NCBI GenBank assembly: GCA_010909165.1
Contig: MU008149.1
Location: forward strand, 186,001 to 250,000
Direction: 5' to 3'
DNA: 64,000 nt
From: Anthoceros angustus
Lineage: Eukaryota > Plantae > Anthocerotophyta
Shown: positions 37,780 through 50,744 of the stretch, one piece after another
Layout of the letters: each line of letters begins with the position of its first letter
How positions within the stretch are numbered: the first letter of the stretch is position 1
Made by a program: the position numbers and the translations under genes
Notes under the pieces: generated by a model
Told to the model about the DNA's origin: nothing
The model's database searches: none
Seen by the model: only the letters and a program-made list of their open reading frames with translations

Positions 37780-38611
37780 TCCCTTTCACCCTGCCAATCG
37801 CTTGCTCCCCAGTAGGGTTTCATGTACAAACAACAGGCCTTTCTGTCCGGACGCATCTGCCACTCAGACGTGCTTCTGTCGTTGGGCCTCCTATCGGACG
37901 CTCGACGCTCGGTCCGGAAACAGGAGATGCCTTTTCAACGGAAATTGTTAAGACGATCGTGTGGAGCCTCAAACCCTAGCAACTTGCTCCCTTGGAAGTC
38001 ATCGATCTCCGACGTCTCAAGGCTTAAACTGGAACTGCACATAGCAACACAAAGCTCTCAACAAGGGGCAGCAAATTTCCATAAGCTATCTGTATATTAT
38101 CTACCGGAACGACAGATTTTATGCTCATGATGGATCGAAGCAAATCTGGAATAGTGAACGCGGCTTACAGCCTTGTTTGCCGTTAGTTCTGCATGCGCGC
38201 TTGTCAGACAGGGAAATTTCGCTTTTCACGTATTACCGGACAGGAATGGAAACCTATATTCGCATCCGCAACACCTTATCGCATCGCCTGGGCTTGGAGG
38301 ATAGGTTGGAAACGACCTCATGCATTGTCTTCCTTTCCCTCGCGACTGACATGCTGAGGTCGGAACTGTGACTGGTGCTTCTCATCAGCCGGTGATGTTG
38401 TTGGTACGGTCTGCTTTCCTCGCAACCCGTCGCTCGCGTTTTATGTGGCACGAATGCAAATCGTGGATGACGAGATTGATTACACCTGTTCAGAAGGATT
38501 CATTTGCCCGAGCAAGGCGGGAATGCGCGTTTTATTTGCGGTTTCGGACGGTTCTGATGATCCTCGTGTGGCTTCAATCAGGTCTGAACAACGGCTGTTA
38601 GGCCCGTCGCA

Positions 38612-40444
38612 ATGGCAGAAGAAGAGGCAACTGGTAGCAGCAGCCAGGAGGAAGGCTTGTATAAGCCATTCCTTTCCAAGCCCTCTATAACAGAGGACGT
38701 TCCTGTCGAAAATGCTTCTCCTGATCATGGCTTCAATTATGGCACAAGGCCGTGGAAGGATATCCCGTTCCTTGTTCTCTTTGTGCTTGTTTGCCTTGCC
38801 AGCATTGGACTTGGCATTTTTGCTATTGTGAACCACAACCCTGATTTCTTCCACGACGCACAGTTTGATAAAAACCAAACTTGTCAGGTTGTTAACAACT
38901 CCCCAGGATTGGAGTCTCGTACCCCGTACAGCAGCATTCTGGCCAAGACTGGATTGAGGGATGGGAATGACGATTTGTTTTTGACAGCTTTGATTTCCTC
39001 TGTGGTTGCGACTCTGATTTTGAGCGTGCCGTTGGTATGGGGACTTTTATGGCTGCTCAGGAATTACACCAAGGAGCTTGTGTATGCAAGCTTGCCTTTC
39101 CTTTTCTTTGCCCCCGTCCTGCTGAATATAAGCTGGTTCATTTATTGTCTGAATGATACGGGGTGCCAGGAGGCCTTCCTTCTTTCTTATAGAATAACTG
39201 CGTTTGTTCTCATTTTTGTTTTCTGCGGGTTTCTGCTGTGGGTGATCTGGGCCGCCCGCAGTAGTATGGAATTAGCCATTAAGGTTATTCGAACCGCATC
39301 TGAGTCTCTCAACAAGAACTTGGATCTTTTATTTGTGTTGCCTGGTCTGTTCTTGTCTTTTGCGGTCTACTTCATTGCTCTCGTCGTCTTTGCCTTTTTT
39401 GCTTATGCGAATGGCAAGGTCGTTGTCAGTTCTCCCGATGTGCACATCTCGGATCCTTGTATCTGGAAAGTGCAAGGCTGGGTGCCTGCCTACCTGGCTT
39501 TAGCTGTGGTGGCCCTGTATTGGGCCACCTCAAATATTGAAGAGACACAAAGCTATGTGATTGCTGGTACCGTTTCTCAGTGGTACTTCGCACCTGCCAA
39601 CTCTCCTGTCAAGGGAGCAACAAGGAGGTCCTTAGGGTAAGTCTGGGTGGACAACAAGGGTTAACCTGTGTCAGGCACATAATGCAGCCCAATTTTCTTA
39701 CACGCACTTATACTCACACACTTGTCGCCTGTTCTGTTGTACAGGCATGCATTTGGTCCTTCTTCTGGGACAATCTGCTTTGCTGGTTTGATTCTTGCCA
39801 TAGTACGGATGCTCCGAGCAGCTTCTCGCAATGCAAGACATGATCGAGGACAAGAAGGGCTTCTGTCAATAATTGTCCGGTGCTGTCTGGAGCTCATATT
39901 GCGCATAGTAGAATTTCTTACCAATTTTACCATCACATTCTCAGCCATCACTGGAGAAGAGTTCTGCAAGTCAGCGCACAGGACCTATGATTTGCTGAAG
40001 AGGAACGCCTTGTCTACACTGTATGTGGACTCCGTGGCAGGAAACCTCTTGGGGTCAATTGTATTTGTGACAACAATTGTTTTCGCTGCTGTGGTAAGAA
40101 TAGCAAGTGATATCTTTCAGAACTTGTTTCACACTGAAGTCGCTGTCCATCAATGTATTGCTGATAAGCTTCCCTCCGTCTTTCAGGTGTTTGGGGTTCT
40201 ATACCTTCTGACGGATCTTCAATCAGGAGCTGCAATATCAGCTGCTTTCATATGCTGGTTGATTCTTGTCTTTGTTCTCACTCTGTTTGCCAGGGTTTTG
40301 ACAAAGACAGTGGATACAGTTTATATATGCTATGCTTTGGATAAAGACTCAGGATATGTGTCAAAGGAGGAGGTTCATTCTGTGTACTTACTGCTCCCAC
40401 CAGCACAAAATGAGCCACCATCTCTTGCAGTGGCCCAACCTTGA
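38612..40444 (+). CDS. Choline transporter-like (CTL/SLC44) membrane protein; exons 38612-39636, 39745-40093, 40187-40444
   Basis: R.WKDIPF, about ten hydrophobic helices, YVIAGTVSQWYF, AFGPSSGTICFAGL, AITGEEFC.SA...Y.LLKRN, DTVYICYALD. Confidence 0.93.
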
Positions 40445-41179
40445 ACACCATACTATCCCCAATATCCAACTATCTCAAGTTGGCGTATAGGAGAGGATTG
40501 CATCTCTTGGTATCTTAAGTCTGTGGGCTGGCCTGGAGCAGGTGCAGGGGTTTGAACCGCCAGGGCTGCAGGGTCCCCGTGGAAGCCTGCAAGAATCTGG
40601 CTACATGTTTAAAGGCAGCTCCAGCAATTTGCCATCTGCCAGAGTATGCGGTATCAGTGTCACTCCACCATCTTTACCGTATTGTTTCCTGTGATCTAAA
40701 TAGAATGGCATTGATAGGGGAAGTGGTAGAATGACTAGGATAGGAAGAGAAGATGATTAGGAAATAAGACCTGGCCTGCCTGCGAATTGTGGTGGGCTGA
40801 CATTATCTTGTGTCCCATTTTTTTCCGAAGAACAGTGGCATGTGTTGATACCTATCGATACCCCAGTCTGTCAGTTCTGGAAGACAGCATTCTCTCAGGT
40901 TTTCTGGCCCAGAAAGCTCAAGGCTACTAAGTTTGAAGGCCTGCCTGCAGTCAGGCAGCAGCAGGAAAGCCAGACGTTGGTCGAGTGAAAAACTAGGGTC
41001 CTCAGGAAGACAAGGCCAACGCGTACAGATAGTGGTGCTTCTCCAGACGAGTATGAACCAATCTTGGAGGCTTTCGAGAGGACGATGCAGGCGAGAATGG
41101 AAGGCACCCGGAGTCTGAGAAGGAGAAACTTGTTTGCTACTTTCGCTCAACTGTGTACCAATTTGAAGGTGGACGGAAT

Positions 41180-41520
41180 GCTTTATATAATCACCGTACT
41201 GATTTCTGACATTTATTACTTTGGAGAGGCGACTAAGGAAAGTGTAGGGACATATCATAGTGCCATCATTGACATTTGTGGATTGCCGACATCTGTGGAC
41301 AACTTCGTTTCAAAATTTTCGAGGTCCAGTGGCCCTGTGCCGTCGACAACGTTGTTCAGCGTGATTGCATTGTCAGGAATTTGTTTACTCTCGAGTCTCG
41401 GAAGCACGTAGACTCGGTATTCGTGTCACAAAAATTTCCCTTGGCGCACAAAGTTTGCCGTCCAACTTAGAAATTTGCAGGCAGCAAGACTGGCCATCGT
41501 CTATGGTGTACCGATTGAAC
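41180..41520 (+). mobile_element. Possible degenerate CACTA/EnSpm transposase-associated (DUF4216-like) remnant
   Basis: Frameshifted TYHSAIIDI/WIADICGQLRFKIFEVQW...RD...FTL...FPLA resembles YYG.I..IW.L......LF.C.W...D..FT; motif recall only. Confidence 0.35.
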
Positions 41521-42162
41521 ACCCTTCGAGGTTCCTGAGAAAACTTTTCCTTCATTCTCTCTCTACGATACGATATTCTATATTAAGATATATTTTTATC
41601 AAGTTGCATTAAATACATACGAATCTTAGCCATACATACGCTTTCGTACGGTATTCATCAGATTCAAAAGTTCTCTTCCTGCGGTTCAAGTGCCGAACAT
41701 GCGCTTCACCGTTCGCGTGCTTCTAGGGTTTTGTTTCCGGATCCAGTCTAAAAAATGCTACTTGACACGATGAGTTCAGAGTTTAGGGTTTGCCCCGACT
41801 GTGTGGCAGGAACAAACAAGTTTGCACTTGGTTAACCTGTTGACACCGTCCAAGCTGGTGTCCGCTAAAGTTGAAGAACGGGCTGGCTTTCTTCCAAGGG
41901 GAAATTGAACATCGACAGTGACCTGTGTCATGCAATATAGAGAAACTGCAGGACTTCGCATCGTCTGAAGAACGTATCAGACTGGGTCCCCTCCTCGCTG
42001 CAGGGCATGGCTTTCCAAATTTCTTTATTGCCAACTTACAGCAGTCGGCATATTTGCATCACCTCACGATGGCAAGACAGGTATGAAATTCAGTGCTGAC
42101 TAGCCAAGCCATGGCCAAGGTCAGACGTGCAGGCAGCCATCGCTGAGAGATTTTTTTTTACT

Positions 42163-42267
42163 ACATAACATATTCCACCGGTTGATGGCACTCTTGAGTT
42201 TTGGTGATAGACACATACATAACATATTCCACCGGTTGATGGCACTCTTGAGTTTGGTGATAGACAC
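42163..42267. repeat. Direct tandem duplication of ~54 bp
   Basis: ACATAACATATTCCACCGGTTGATGGCACTCTTGAGTTT..GGTGATAGACAC twice. Confidence 0.9.
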
Positions 42268-42712
42268 GAACTCTGATGCTTCGCTGTTCCATCAATAAAG
42301 GTTTCCAGCCACGCACCTGCCTGACAGTGTGGATTCCTCCTGTACAGCATGCACACCTGAAGCAATAATCAGACACGATTGTCTCGTTCCGAAACAGCCG
42401 CTCCGAGTCCCATTTCCTGCAGCACGTCGCTGAAAGCCTGACAGGAACTCTCGGGCCAGCCTGCCTGCTGGTCCCCGGGTCCCAGTAGCAGCGATGCAAG
42501 GCATTTTTCAAAAACGCCGATCGGCCCCACCGTCCGGGCAGCCTGCGCCGGGCAGCTCCATCCCATGCCGCCCGTATGCGGTCCGTATACGGTCATTGCC
42601 TCCATGTCCATGCATGTGCGACAAGACTCGCCTCCATGTGAATACATGTGCCGCAAAGACGGGGATTTTAGAACCGAACTGAAACGGTTTTCATTTATTC
42701 AGGAATTTTATA

Positions 42713-44288
42713 AATGCAGAGTACAAAATCGTCGCCAATGACTAGGCAATAGGCTGCAGCGTATCGTTATCGTCTTGTGACTTCAATCACGTTCTCAGTT
42801 AAGTAGAGGCATTCCCTCAGCAAGCACATCAATCATCTACAAATTCGTGGCCCCAGTTTCATAATTTGGATAGAGCTCTAGTGATATGTGACTAATTCAT
42901 TTCCTATTTTGATGTATGATATGATACGAATTCTGAGTGGCCTCCCACAGTCTGTCTACTCTAACTTTCACTCTTTCCCAATTTCCAGCAGTCCATCTCC
43001 TACAATGCAAGGCTCAACTTCCTCAAGACGTTTTTCTGAGTTTTTCTGAGGGGGTCTTCTAGTCTACGAATCCAGTTGCTAACTTGCTTTTGGGGATCGA
43101 GAACAAGAGCTGGCGAGAACTGTTACACACAATGATGGCATTTTCCAGAGAAAGCGTATCTGGCGGTAAGCCTGCATCTACACACGCCTTCATATCCTGA
43201 GGAGTACTGCAAAATGTCACCAACGAAAAGTCGTCGGAGTGCTGCAATCCTATCCGTTGAAAGCTGTGCTGCCATTATTTAAGTATGCTAGCTCGCACAG
43301 AGGCTGGAAAGGCACCAAGATAAGCGACATATCCTGCTGGAAGCAGAGTATCCCCCATCAAGTTTTCTGTACGTTTTTTGAGACTGGAGACCTGCTCTAC
43401 CCAGCGATGGCATTCCCCATCGAGTCTTGTGATGAGACATATGGCTCGCTGCAATTTCAGTCCTGCATCCTCCGCCTTCCTAACAAGGCTACCCTTTGTA
43501 AGACTCGCATTTTCATATCTGCACAGGAATCGACAATGTAGCTCGGTTAGGAAGGATCTAGGAAGACTACTATAGCCTTGGTGCCAGTCCATATGCAAAT
43601 AGAACGACAAGCCACTGATATCCTTCTTAATTTCTCTGGTTTGAAGAGTGGATTCTCCATGTACGGCCGTAGTTTTTCCATGGTAGAACTTTCCATCCCA
43701 TCTTTGTTGTAGTTCAAGAGTAGCTGAACGAAGTTGACCTGCACAAGACTCGAATTCTGTTAGGGTCTGAACAGCACCAATTAACAATCACATAGTATGC
43801 TAATTACAAAGGAAAGACAATACATCTTACCTGAGACAGGAGTTGTCGAGCTCAGGCCAGTAATCATCTGTCACTTCATACTTAAGAATTTCATGCGGGA
43901 CAGAGGGTCGCCTACGTTTGGATTTCTCCCTAAGGATAATGCAGAGCGCTTCTAGCACAACAAGTAGACAGGGAGGCGGCTGAGTAAATGATTTCAATTC
44001 AGACACATCCTTTTTGCTAAGAAGGCTGAGCTGTTTGATAGCAGCTGAAACCTGTGTGGGAGCAAGGGTTTAAGAAACTGGAATGGGGAAAACGAGAAGA
44101 AGTTAAGAGCCTTATGCTGTTAAGAATCAGTGTTATCAAACATATACTACACCTGTGGAGCAACCTCCTCAACTTGCTCTTGAGCAGCTTGTTCCAACTG
44201 CCTACACAATTCAGCCTCCTCTTTAGCACTCTGAACTGGTGTGTTCCTTGCAGCTCAAATTTTACTCGAGATCCTTTTGCATTTGCAC
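42713..44288 (-). pseudogene. Internally deleted dynein heavy chain copy (stalk/AAA5), introns retained
   Basis: Collinear with ~60500-63348 with large deletions; GYVAYLGAFPASVRASILK*, DAGLPPDTLSLENAIIVCNSS; stops and frameshifts. Confidence 0.93.
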
Positions 44289-44896
44289 CTCCTGCAAAGC
44301 ATGCATGTGATCAATTTCAATCTTGCATTTCGTAGCTCGAGGCTGTGAAAAAGGATTCTCTTTCCTCTTTAGTTTTGAGAACAATCCATGCGTGCCCTTG
44401 CCTTTACATGCCGCTTTTAGAATATGTAACTTCCTCAAGAGGGGGGGGGCCAACCTCCACTTGATTAAGAACTAAGTATGATCGCGAAATGGTTTGCATC
44501 TAACCGTGAAGTCAGCTGAGTGCAAGGAAGTGGTTTGCATGTAACCGTCAATGGGACTTACATAGGACTACATACGGGCTCATGGCATGGAGCTGCCCGA
44601 CGGAGGCTGCCCACCTGGTGGGGCCATGTGCGTTTTTGGTGACATTTCCTCTTGCATCGCGGCTACTTTCCTGTTGGTGGCAATGACACTTATGGCTACA
44701 GTGGAGCCGAGCCCGGAGGCCTCAGTACATAAGGGCCTCTGCAGAATAACATCGACACCAGCATCTCGGGAATTACGAGTTGAAGCAAGATAGCGTCTTG
44801 CATATCTCAATCCCCGCTTGTTGTGTTCTTGTCTATCTCAACTCAGCAAGTCCATCTCAACTCAGCAAGTTGTTGTGATTCTCTGACAATCAGAGA

Positions 44897-45946
44897 ATGG
44901 GGCACATATTCTGGAGAATGGGACATACAGCACAATGTGTGTCTGTGATTTTGTTCATTATTGGTGTGGTCCATGTGGTTCAGGAGGTTGGTGCAAGCAG
45001 AGCTCTTCTCTCCAGCTACAGCCATGTTCTTCCAGGTACAAAGACTGAGTTCGATGTAGAGACTCCCAAGCCTTCTGATCTTCTCCCACCTTCCTATTCC
45101 AAGCTTCCTGAGCTTCCTAAAGTTGCACCTCCTCCATCTTCCTATCCCAAGCTTCCTGAGCTTCCCAAAACTGCACCTCTTCCATCTTCTTATCCCAAGC
45201 TGTCTGAGCTTCCCAAAATTGCACCTCCTCCATCTTCCTATCCCAAGGAGCTCCCTGAGCTTCCCAAAACTGCACCTCTTCCATCTTCCTATCCCAAGCA
45301 GCTCCCTAAGCTTCCCAAAATTGCACCTCCTCCATCTTCCTATCCCAAGCTTCCTGCGCTTCCCAAAACTGCACCTCTTCCATCTTCTTATCCCAAGCTT
45401 TCTGAGCTTCCCAACATTGCACCTCCTCCATCTTCCTATCCCAAGCTTCCTGAGCTTCCCAAAATTGCACCTCCTCCATCTTCCTATCCCAAGGAGCTCC
45501 CTGAGCTCCCCAAAACTGCACCTCTTCCATCTTCCTATCCCAAGAAGCTCCCTAAGCTTCCCAAAACTGCACCTCCTCCATCTACCTATCCCAAGCTCCC
45601 TGAGCTTCCCAAAATTGCACCTCTTCCTTCCCACTATTCAAAGCTTCCTAAGCTTCCCACCATTGCACCTGTTCCATCCTCCTACCCCAAGCTTCCTGAG
45701 CTTCCCAAAATTGCACCTCCTCCATCTTCCCAGGCACTTGGTTCTTCCCACTACCCCAAGTTACCCGATCTCCCAAATCTCCCCAACACGCCTCCTCCTT
45801 CTTACTACCCCAAGCTTCCCGAGACACCTTTACCTTCCCACCCAAAGCTTCCTAAGTTGCCCAAGACCCTTCCTCCTCTTTCCTACCCTGGCACGCCTCT
45901 TCCAGAGAATACACAAGCTGCTCCGCCCCCGTCCGACAAGTACTGA
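44897..45946 (+). CDS. PELPK-like secreted proline-rich protein (signal peptide + 16/17-aa PKLPELPK[IT]APPPSSY repeats)
   Basis: 349-aa ORF, hydrophobic VSVILFIIGVV..VGASRALL leader, 48/51 bp tandem units; start may be 44918. Confidence 0.9.
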   Translation: MGHIFWRMGHTAQCVSVILFIIGVVHVVQEVGASRALLSSYSHVLPGTKTEFDVETPKPSDLLPPSYSKLPELPKVAPPPSSYPKLPELPKTAPLPSSYPKLSELPKIAPPPSSYPKELPELPKTAPLPSSYPKQLPKLPKIAPPPSSYPKLPALPKTAPLPSSYPKLSELPNIAPPPSSYPKLPELPKIAPPPSSYPKELPELPKTAPLPSSYPKKLPKLPKTAPPPSTYPKLPELPKIAPLPSHYSKLPKLPTIAPVPSSYPKLPELPKIAPPPSSQALGSSHYPKLPDLPNLPNTPPPSYYPKLPETPLPSHPKLPKLPKTLPPLSYPGTPLPENTQAAPPPSDKY

Positions 45947-46399
45947 TCGACATGCGTGTGCAACAACCATGAAACAGTTCGCACACCTTCAGGTAACCGA
46001 TCGATTAGCGGACCAGACCAACTTCATACCTCATCTTGGTGGTGATTGTGTTTCGACGCTGACATTGCGATGTTGGGTGGTGCAGAATTGAAGCATGGAT
46101 TCTGGAACGAGCATGATCCACTCCAAAGGAGTTACGTCGTGTGCAACGATACGTTAAGAGTAGACAAACAGTTCATTCACCTGGCCTGCTACTTACTGTA
46201 TATAGCAGCCTTCACATTCGAAGAGCGTACATAGCAGCCTTCACATTCGAAGGGCTGTGTGTTGTTGAGCGTACATGGCAGCCTTCACATTCGAAGAGCT
46301 GTGTGTTGTTGAACGCCTTCCTATTTACATAAACTCCTATTTACATAAACCCCTGAACGACTAAGATTCGGGACTTTCGTCTATTCTACGGCGGATTGT

Positions 46400-49300
46400 G
46401 TGTGTGGTGTGCTCGCCGCTCAAAGCGTTCTCTTCCTGTCTTTTTGAAGTACACTAAGCTACAGAAGTGGGAGGAGTACTATGACACGTACTTGTTTTCC
46501 TTCTTTATTAGGTTAGTTGCAATCAATCTAACCTCCTATACCGAGTTAGACTTGAAATCTGAATGAGCAAATTTGATAGAGCAATACATCACAGGTTCAA
46601 GTTAACAGTGACTATGATTACCAAACTTGGAGTGTGACTCTCAAAGAGATGCTGAAGTCGTGCAGCCTTAGGGACATACAAACCGTGCTCCTCCTCAAGA
46701 TGGAAGTTGACATTAATATTCAGAGAAGGATAATCAAGACCTTCGGCAAATAATACACTGTGGAGAGGTTGATGTTGCTTCCTGTTGCTTTGAAACTATC
46801 CCTGCTTGAAACTGTCATGTATTTCATGATCCGGCATGTTCAAATACTGGTCAGGCCTGGAAATTGCTCGGCGATAAGGAGAAATACTTCATCCAACAAG
46901 AGCTCTACAGATTAGAGGATTGTCAGTGCTGCCCACTTTCGAGCTGGAGACTGGCAGTGACCGGGAGAAGTTCTTGACGCTACGTTTCTTGCAGCGACTG
47001 CAAGGAACACGCCAGTTCAGGACATGGATCAGCTTCTGAATTCCATATACGATGAGCAGTTCGCCATGGACAAGGCATTACAAGCTGTCTATGATGAGGA
47101 GAAGCTTGCTGTAGAGGAGGCTGAATTGTGTAGGCAGATGGCACAAGCTGCTCAAGAGATGTGTCTGAATTGAAATCATTTACTCAGCCGCCTCCCTGTC
47201 TACTTGTTGTGCTAGAAGCGCTCTGCATTATCCTTAGGGAGAAATCCAGACGTAGGCGACCCTCTGTCCCGCATGAGATTCTTAAGTATGAAGTGACAGA
47301 TGATTCCTGGCCTGAGCTCGACAACTCCTATCTCAGGTAAGATGTATGGTCTTTCCTTTGTAGTTAGCATACTATGTGATTGTTAATTGGTGCTGTTCAG
47401 ACCCTAACAGAATTCGAGTTTTGTGCAGGTCAACTTCTTTCAGCGATTCTTGAACTACAACAAAGATGGGATGGAAAGTTCTACCATGGAAAAACTACGG
47501 CCTTACATGGAGAATCCACCAACCAAACCAGAGAAATCAAGAAGGATATCAGTGGCTTGTGGTTCTATTTGCGTATGGATAAGAGCCATGTATAAATACC
47601 ATGTTGGCGCGAAGAGCATCAAAATGGAGCCAAGACTGGAGACATTAAAGGTGGGTGATGTCTCTCCCTTTGGCCTAGAGAGATGCTGTCTAGTGGTCCA
47701 CAGTACGATACAAGGTGAATGTAGAGGCTCCGTTTTCTCTGCTGCAATGCGGAAGACTAAGTAGAATCCGTTTCGAGCAGGTCGCTAATGAGAATCTTGA
47801 AAAATGCAAAGAAAAACTTGAAGAAAAGAGATTGAACCTCGCAGCAATAGAGGAGAGTCTTTTCGATCTGAGAGCCAGGTACAAGAGAGTTATCAAAAAT
47901 GGTGCCAAGGCGGATAGCAGTCTTCCTGAATCCTTCCTAACTGAGCTACATTGTCGATTCCCGTGCAGATATCAACATTCAAGTCTTACATAAGGTAGCC
48001 TTGTTAGGGAGGCGGAGGATTCAGAACTGAAATTGCACCGAGCCATACGTCTCATCACAAGACTCGGGGGAATGCCATCGCTGGGCAGAGCAGGTCTCTA
48101 GTCTCCAAAAACGTAGAGAAAGCTTGATGAGTGCTACTCTGCTTACAGCAGGATGTGTCGCCTATCTTGGTGCCTTTCCACCCTCTGTGCCATGTAGCAT
48201 ACTTAAACAATGGCAGCACAACTTCCAACGGATAGGTTTGCAGCACTCCGACTGCTTTTGGTTGGTGACATTTCGCAGAACTCCTCAGGATCTCAAGGCA
48301 TGGGTAGATGCAGGCTTACCTCCAGATATGCATTCTCTGGAAGATGCCATCATTGTGTGCAACAGTTCTCGCCCAACTCCTGTTCTCGATCCCCAAAAGC
48401 AAGTTAGTTGAGCTAGAAACGAGGATAACGTATCTGATACATAAGGTCACCTCTGCGATTTACAAACAAGTCAGCAGTAGCCCCTTGCAGAGGCATCGTC
48501 TCCTATTTGGACTTCTCATTACGTTCAGGTGAATTCAGGATGCATTGTACCTCAAATCAAATCTGGTGTATAGCCTGACACATCACAGAATGCGTATAGG
48601 TTCAATGTTGGACTGTTACCTGCAACCCTGCAGGATAGCACAAACGAGACAAGATGTGTGCCAGGACGAGTGGATGTGAAGGAACTCGGATACAGGTGCT
48701 GCCTTTATGAAACAGCTGCAAGTCAGGTTCGAGGAGTTAAGGCAAAGCATTTTGCAAAGCACTTTTCGCCTTTGGCTCACAACCCAACCGCTGACTGGGT
48801 GCCCATCCAGCCTCCTTACAAATTGGTAGAGCACACTCTTTGGCCGTCCTCTCAGGTCTTGGCTATATGGGCCTCGTAGGTTGCAGGTTGCGTGTGCTGC
48901 TTTGAATGCAGTGTCAGAACAGTGTTGGAGCCCTCAAAGGGAGTGAAATACAAAGTCCTAAAGATTCTACTGTCCCAACGAGCAGAGGAAGACTACACTG
49001 TTAGTTGCCTAAGTATTCTGAATCTGTTTACTACAATCTAATTTTCTATACGGTAACAAATCTTACAGACAAAGAATCACAACATGACAGGGCCAACGGA
49101 GGATGAGGAAGGAGGGCCGAAATGTGCGGCATTCAAGGGCTATTTTTCAGCTCGCTCTTTTCCATTCCTTGGTCCAGGAGCGGGGAAGCTTTGGCTCTCT
49201 GGGGTAAGCATCCACTTTCATCGTCCTGCGACTTCGCCGTTTCTATCTCCCCCTTTGTAAGTGGTTTCCTTAACATCTTCTCACGATGTACAAATGATGC

Positions 49301-50690
49301 TGTGGTTTGGCTTGTTGTTCATGGTTCACTTTACACTCAGTAAGTGCTGGCAGTTTCAATGTGCTCCATGTAGATGGAACAAAGCACTGCCCATTCACTT
49401 GAATGACTTCAATTTTGCAAAAGGGCAACTTGACGAGCTCTCGGACATCAGAAAGGAACTCAAACCCGACGAGAGTCTGCCGATAAATGCACCTGTTGCA
49501 AAGCAGGCTGACGATGTCGGCTGCATAATACAGCCTAGCAATTCGGGTGCTCCAGCATTGGATACCGTCTCTCCTAGAAGCCTTTTGAGAACACAATGAC
49601 AACAGAGATAATCTATGGTGGTCACGCGGTTGACACCTGGGACCAGCTCTGTATGACAAAGTTGTGCGACCGATGTTTTGCTACGAGTAAGTGCTAGAGC
49701 ATATAATTATCTGCGACTAAATGTCCAAGGGCCTAGAAATGCAAATCTTTTGCAAGTAGAATGAATCGTTCATTTCCTGATTCAGAGGATGAGTACAACA
49801 ACTGGGAAGCGGTGATGAGAAGCTATCTGCCCAAAGATACAGGCACTCCAGGAGACTTCATCAACCACACTCAACACTTGGCCGATGCAGACGACCCTGA
49901 GGTTGTTTTCGTGCAACGTGTGCACCGAGGCTTATTATGCAAGTCTTACAGTCATTCTCAGTCTAGAGGGCAAAATATGGCTCAATGAGAAATTGAATAT
50001 TGCCGCAAGCAGGTGATGTGGCTTCCCAAGGATGCAGTGATTGGGCGTGCACAAAGAGAAGCAAACGAGCTGTTAGCATTAGCCTTATCCCTGGAGCGCT
50101 ACCAGAACTCGTTTATCGAACCTTTCACATCCATGTTCGAGTTCGAGGATGTGAGACACTCAGTCTGCAGATATGCTTGAAATTGCAACTTGGAGCGTAA
50201 TCTCCTGATCGAATCATTTCATTCGTCTCATACTGACGCATGGTATGGCAGAAAAAGGGAATGGCGCTGAATTGTCTACAGGAAATTGGGAAGACGGTTC
50301 ACACTGGTCTACGAGAAGCAGAGATGCGTGTAAATCTGAAGAACTCTAATGACCCTTTCTTGATGATCCTGCTCCATTCCTGAAGCTGTCCGCGACAGTC
50401 TCCTTGGTGGACAGGTACGTCTTCTTTGCATCCAGAGTTTGTCGGTCCGCTGTCAAGTTTCAAAGAAACTTACTTTCAGCAAGTTACTTTGCCAGGTTCC
50501 TGATATGTGGCTGCAACACTCCTACCCAAGCCTCAAGTCTCTGGCGAGTTGGATCGACGATCTTTCAAAGCGTCTGGATAGATTTTGGAACTCCCAAAGT
50601 CATCTGAATTTCTGGTCTATTGTTCCCTAGGGTGATTTCTTGCTCTGCAGCTCTCGTGCATGAAGCATATCTGGAAGTCGAAGTGAACGT
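46400..50690 (+). pseudogene. Inverted, multiply deleted dynein heavy chain copy (AAA4 through C-terminal region)
   Basis: Reverse-complement matches 47010-48405 to ~63310-61738, 48405-48680 to ~60193-59925, 48680-50375 to ~58880-57177, 50385-50690 to ~56850-56535; 46600-47000 reads AAA4-like (VQVNSDYDYQTWSVTLKEMLK); 5' boundary approximate. Confidence 0.92.
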
Positions 50691-50702
50691 CATAAGGATG
50701 GG

Positions 50703-50731
50703 ATTAGGGTTTCAGGGTTTTTAGGGTTTAG
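50703..50731 (+). repeat. Short degenerate telomere-like tract
   Basis: ATTAGGG TTTCAGGG TTTTTAGGG TTTAG. Confidence 0.6.
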
Positions 50732-50744
50732 TTGGGGGTCCCGC

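Noticed and set aside
41780-42660. Exon-like minus-strand pieces with GT/AG signals and telo-boxes
   Set aside because: Could not build a consistent frame or recognise a family
44843-46091. 263-aa antisense and 322-aa alternate-frame repeat ORFs
   Set aside because: By-products of the stop-free PELPK tandem repeat
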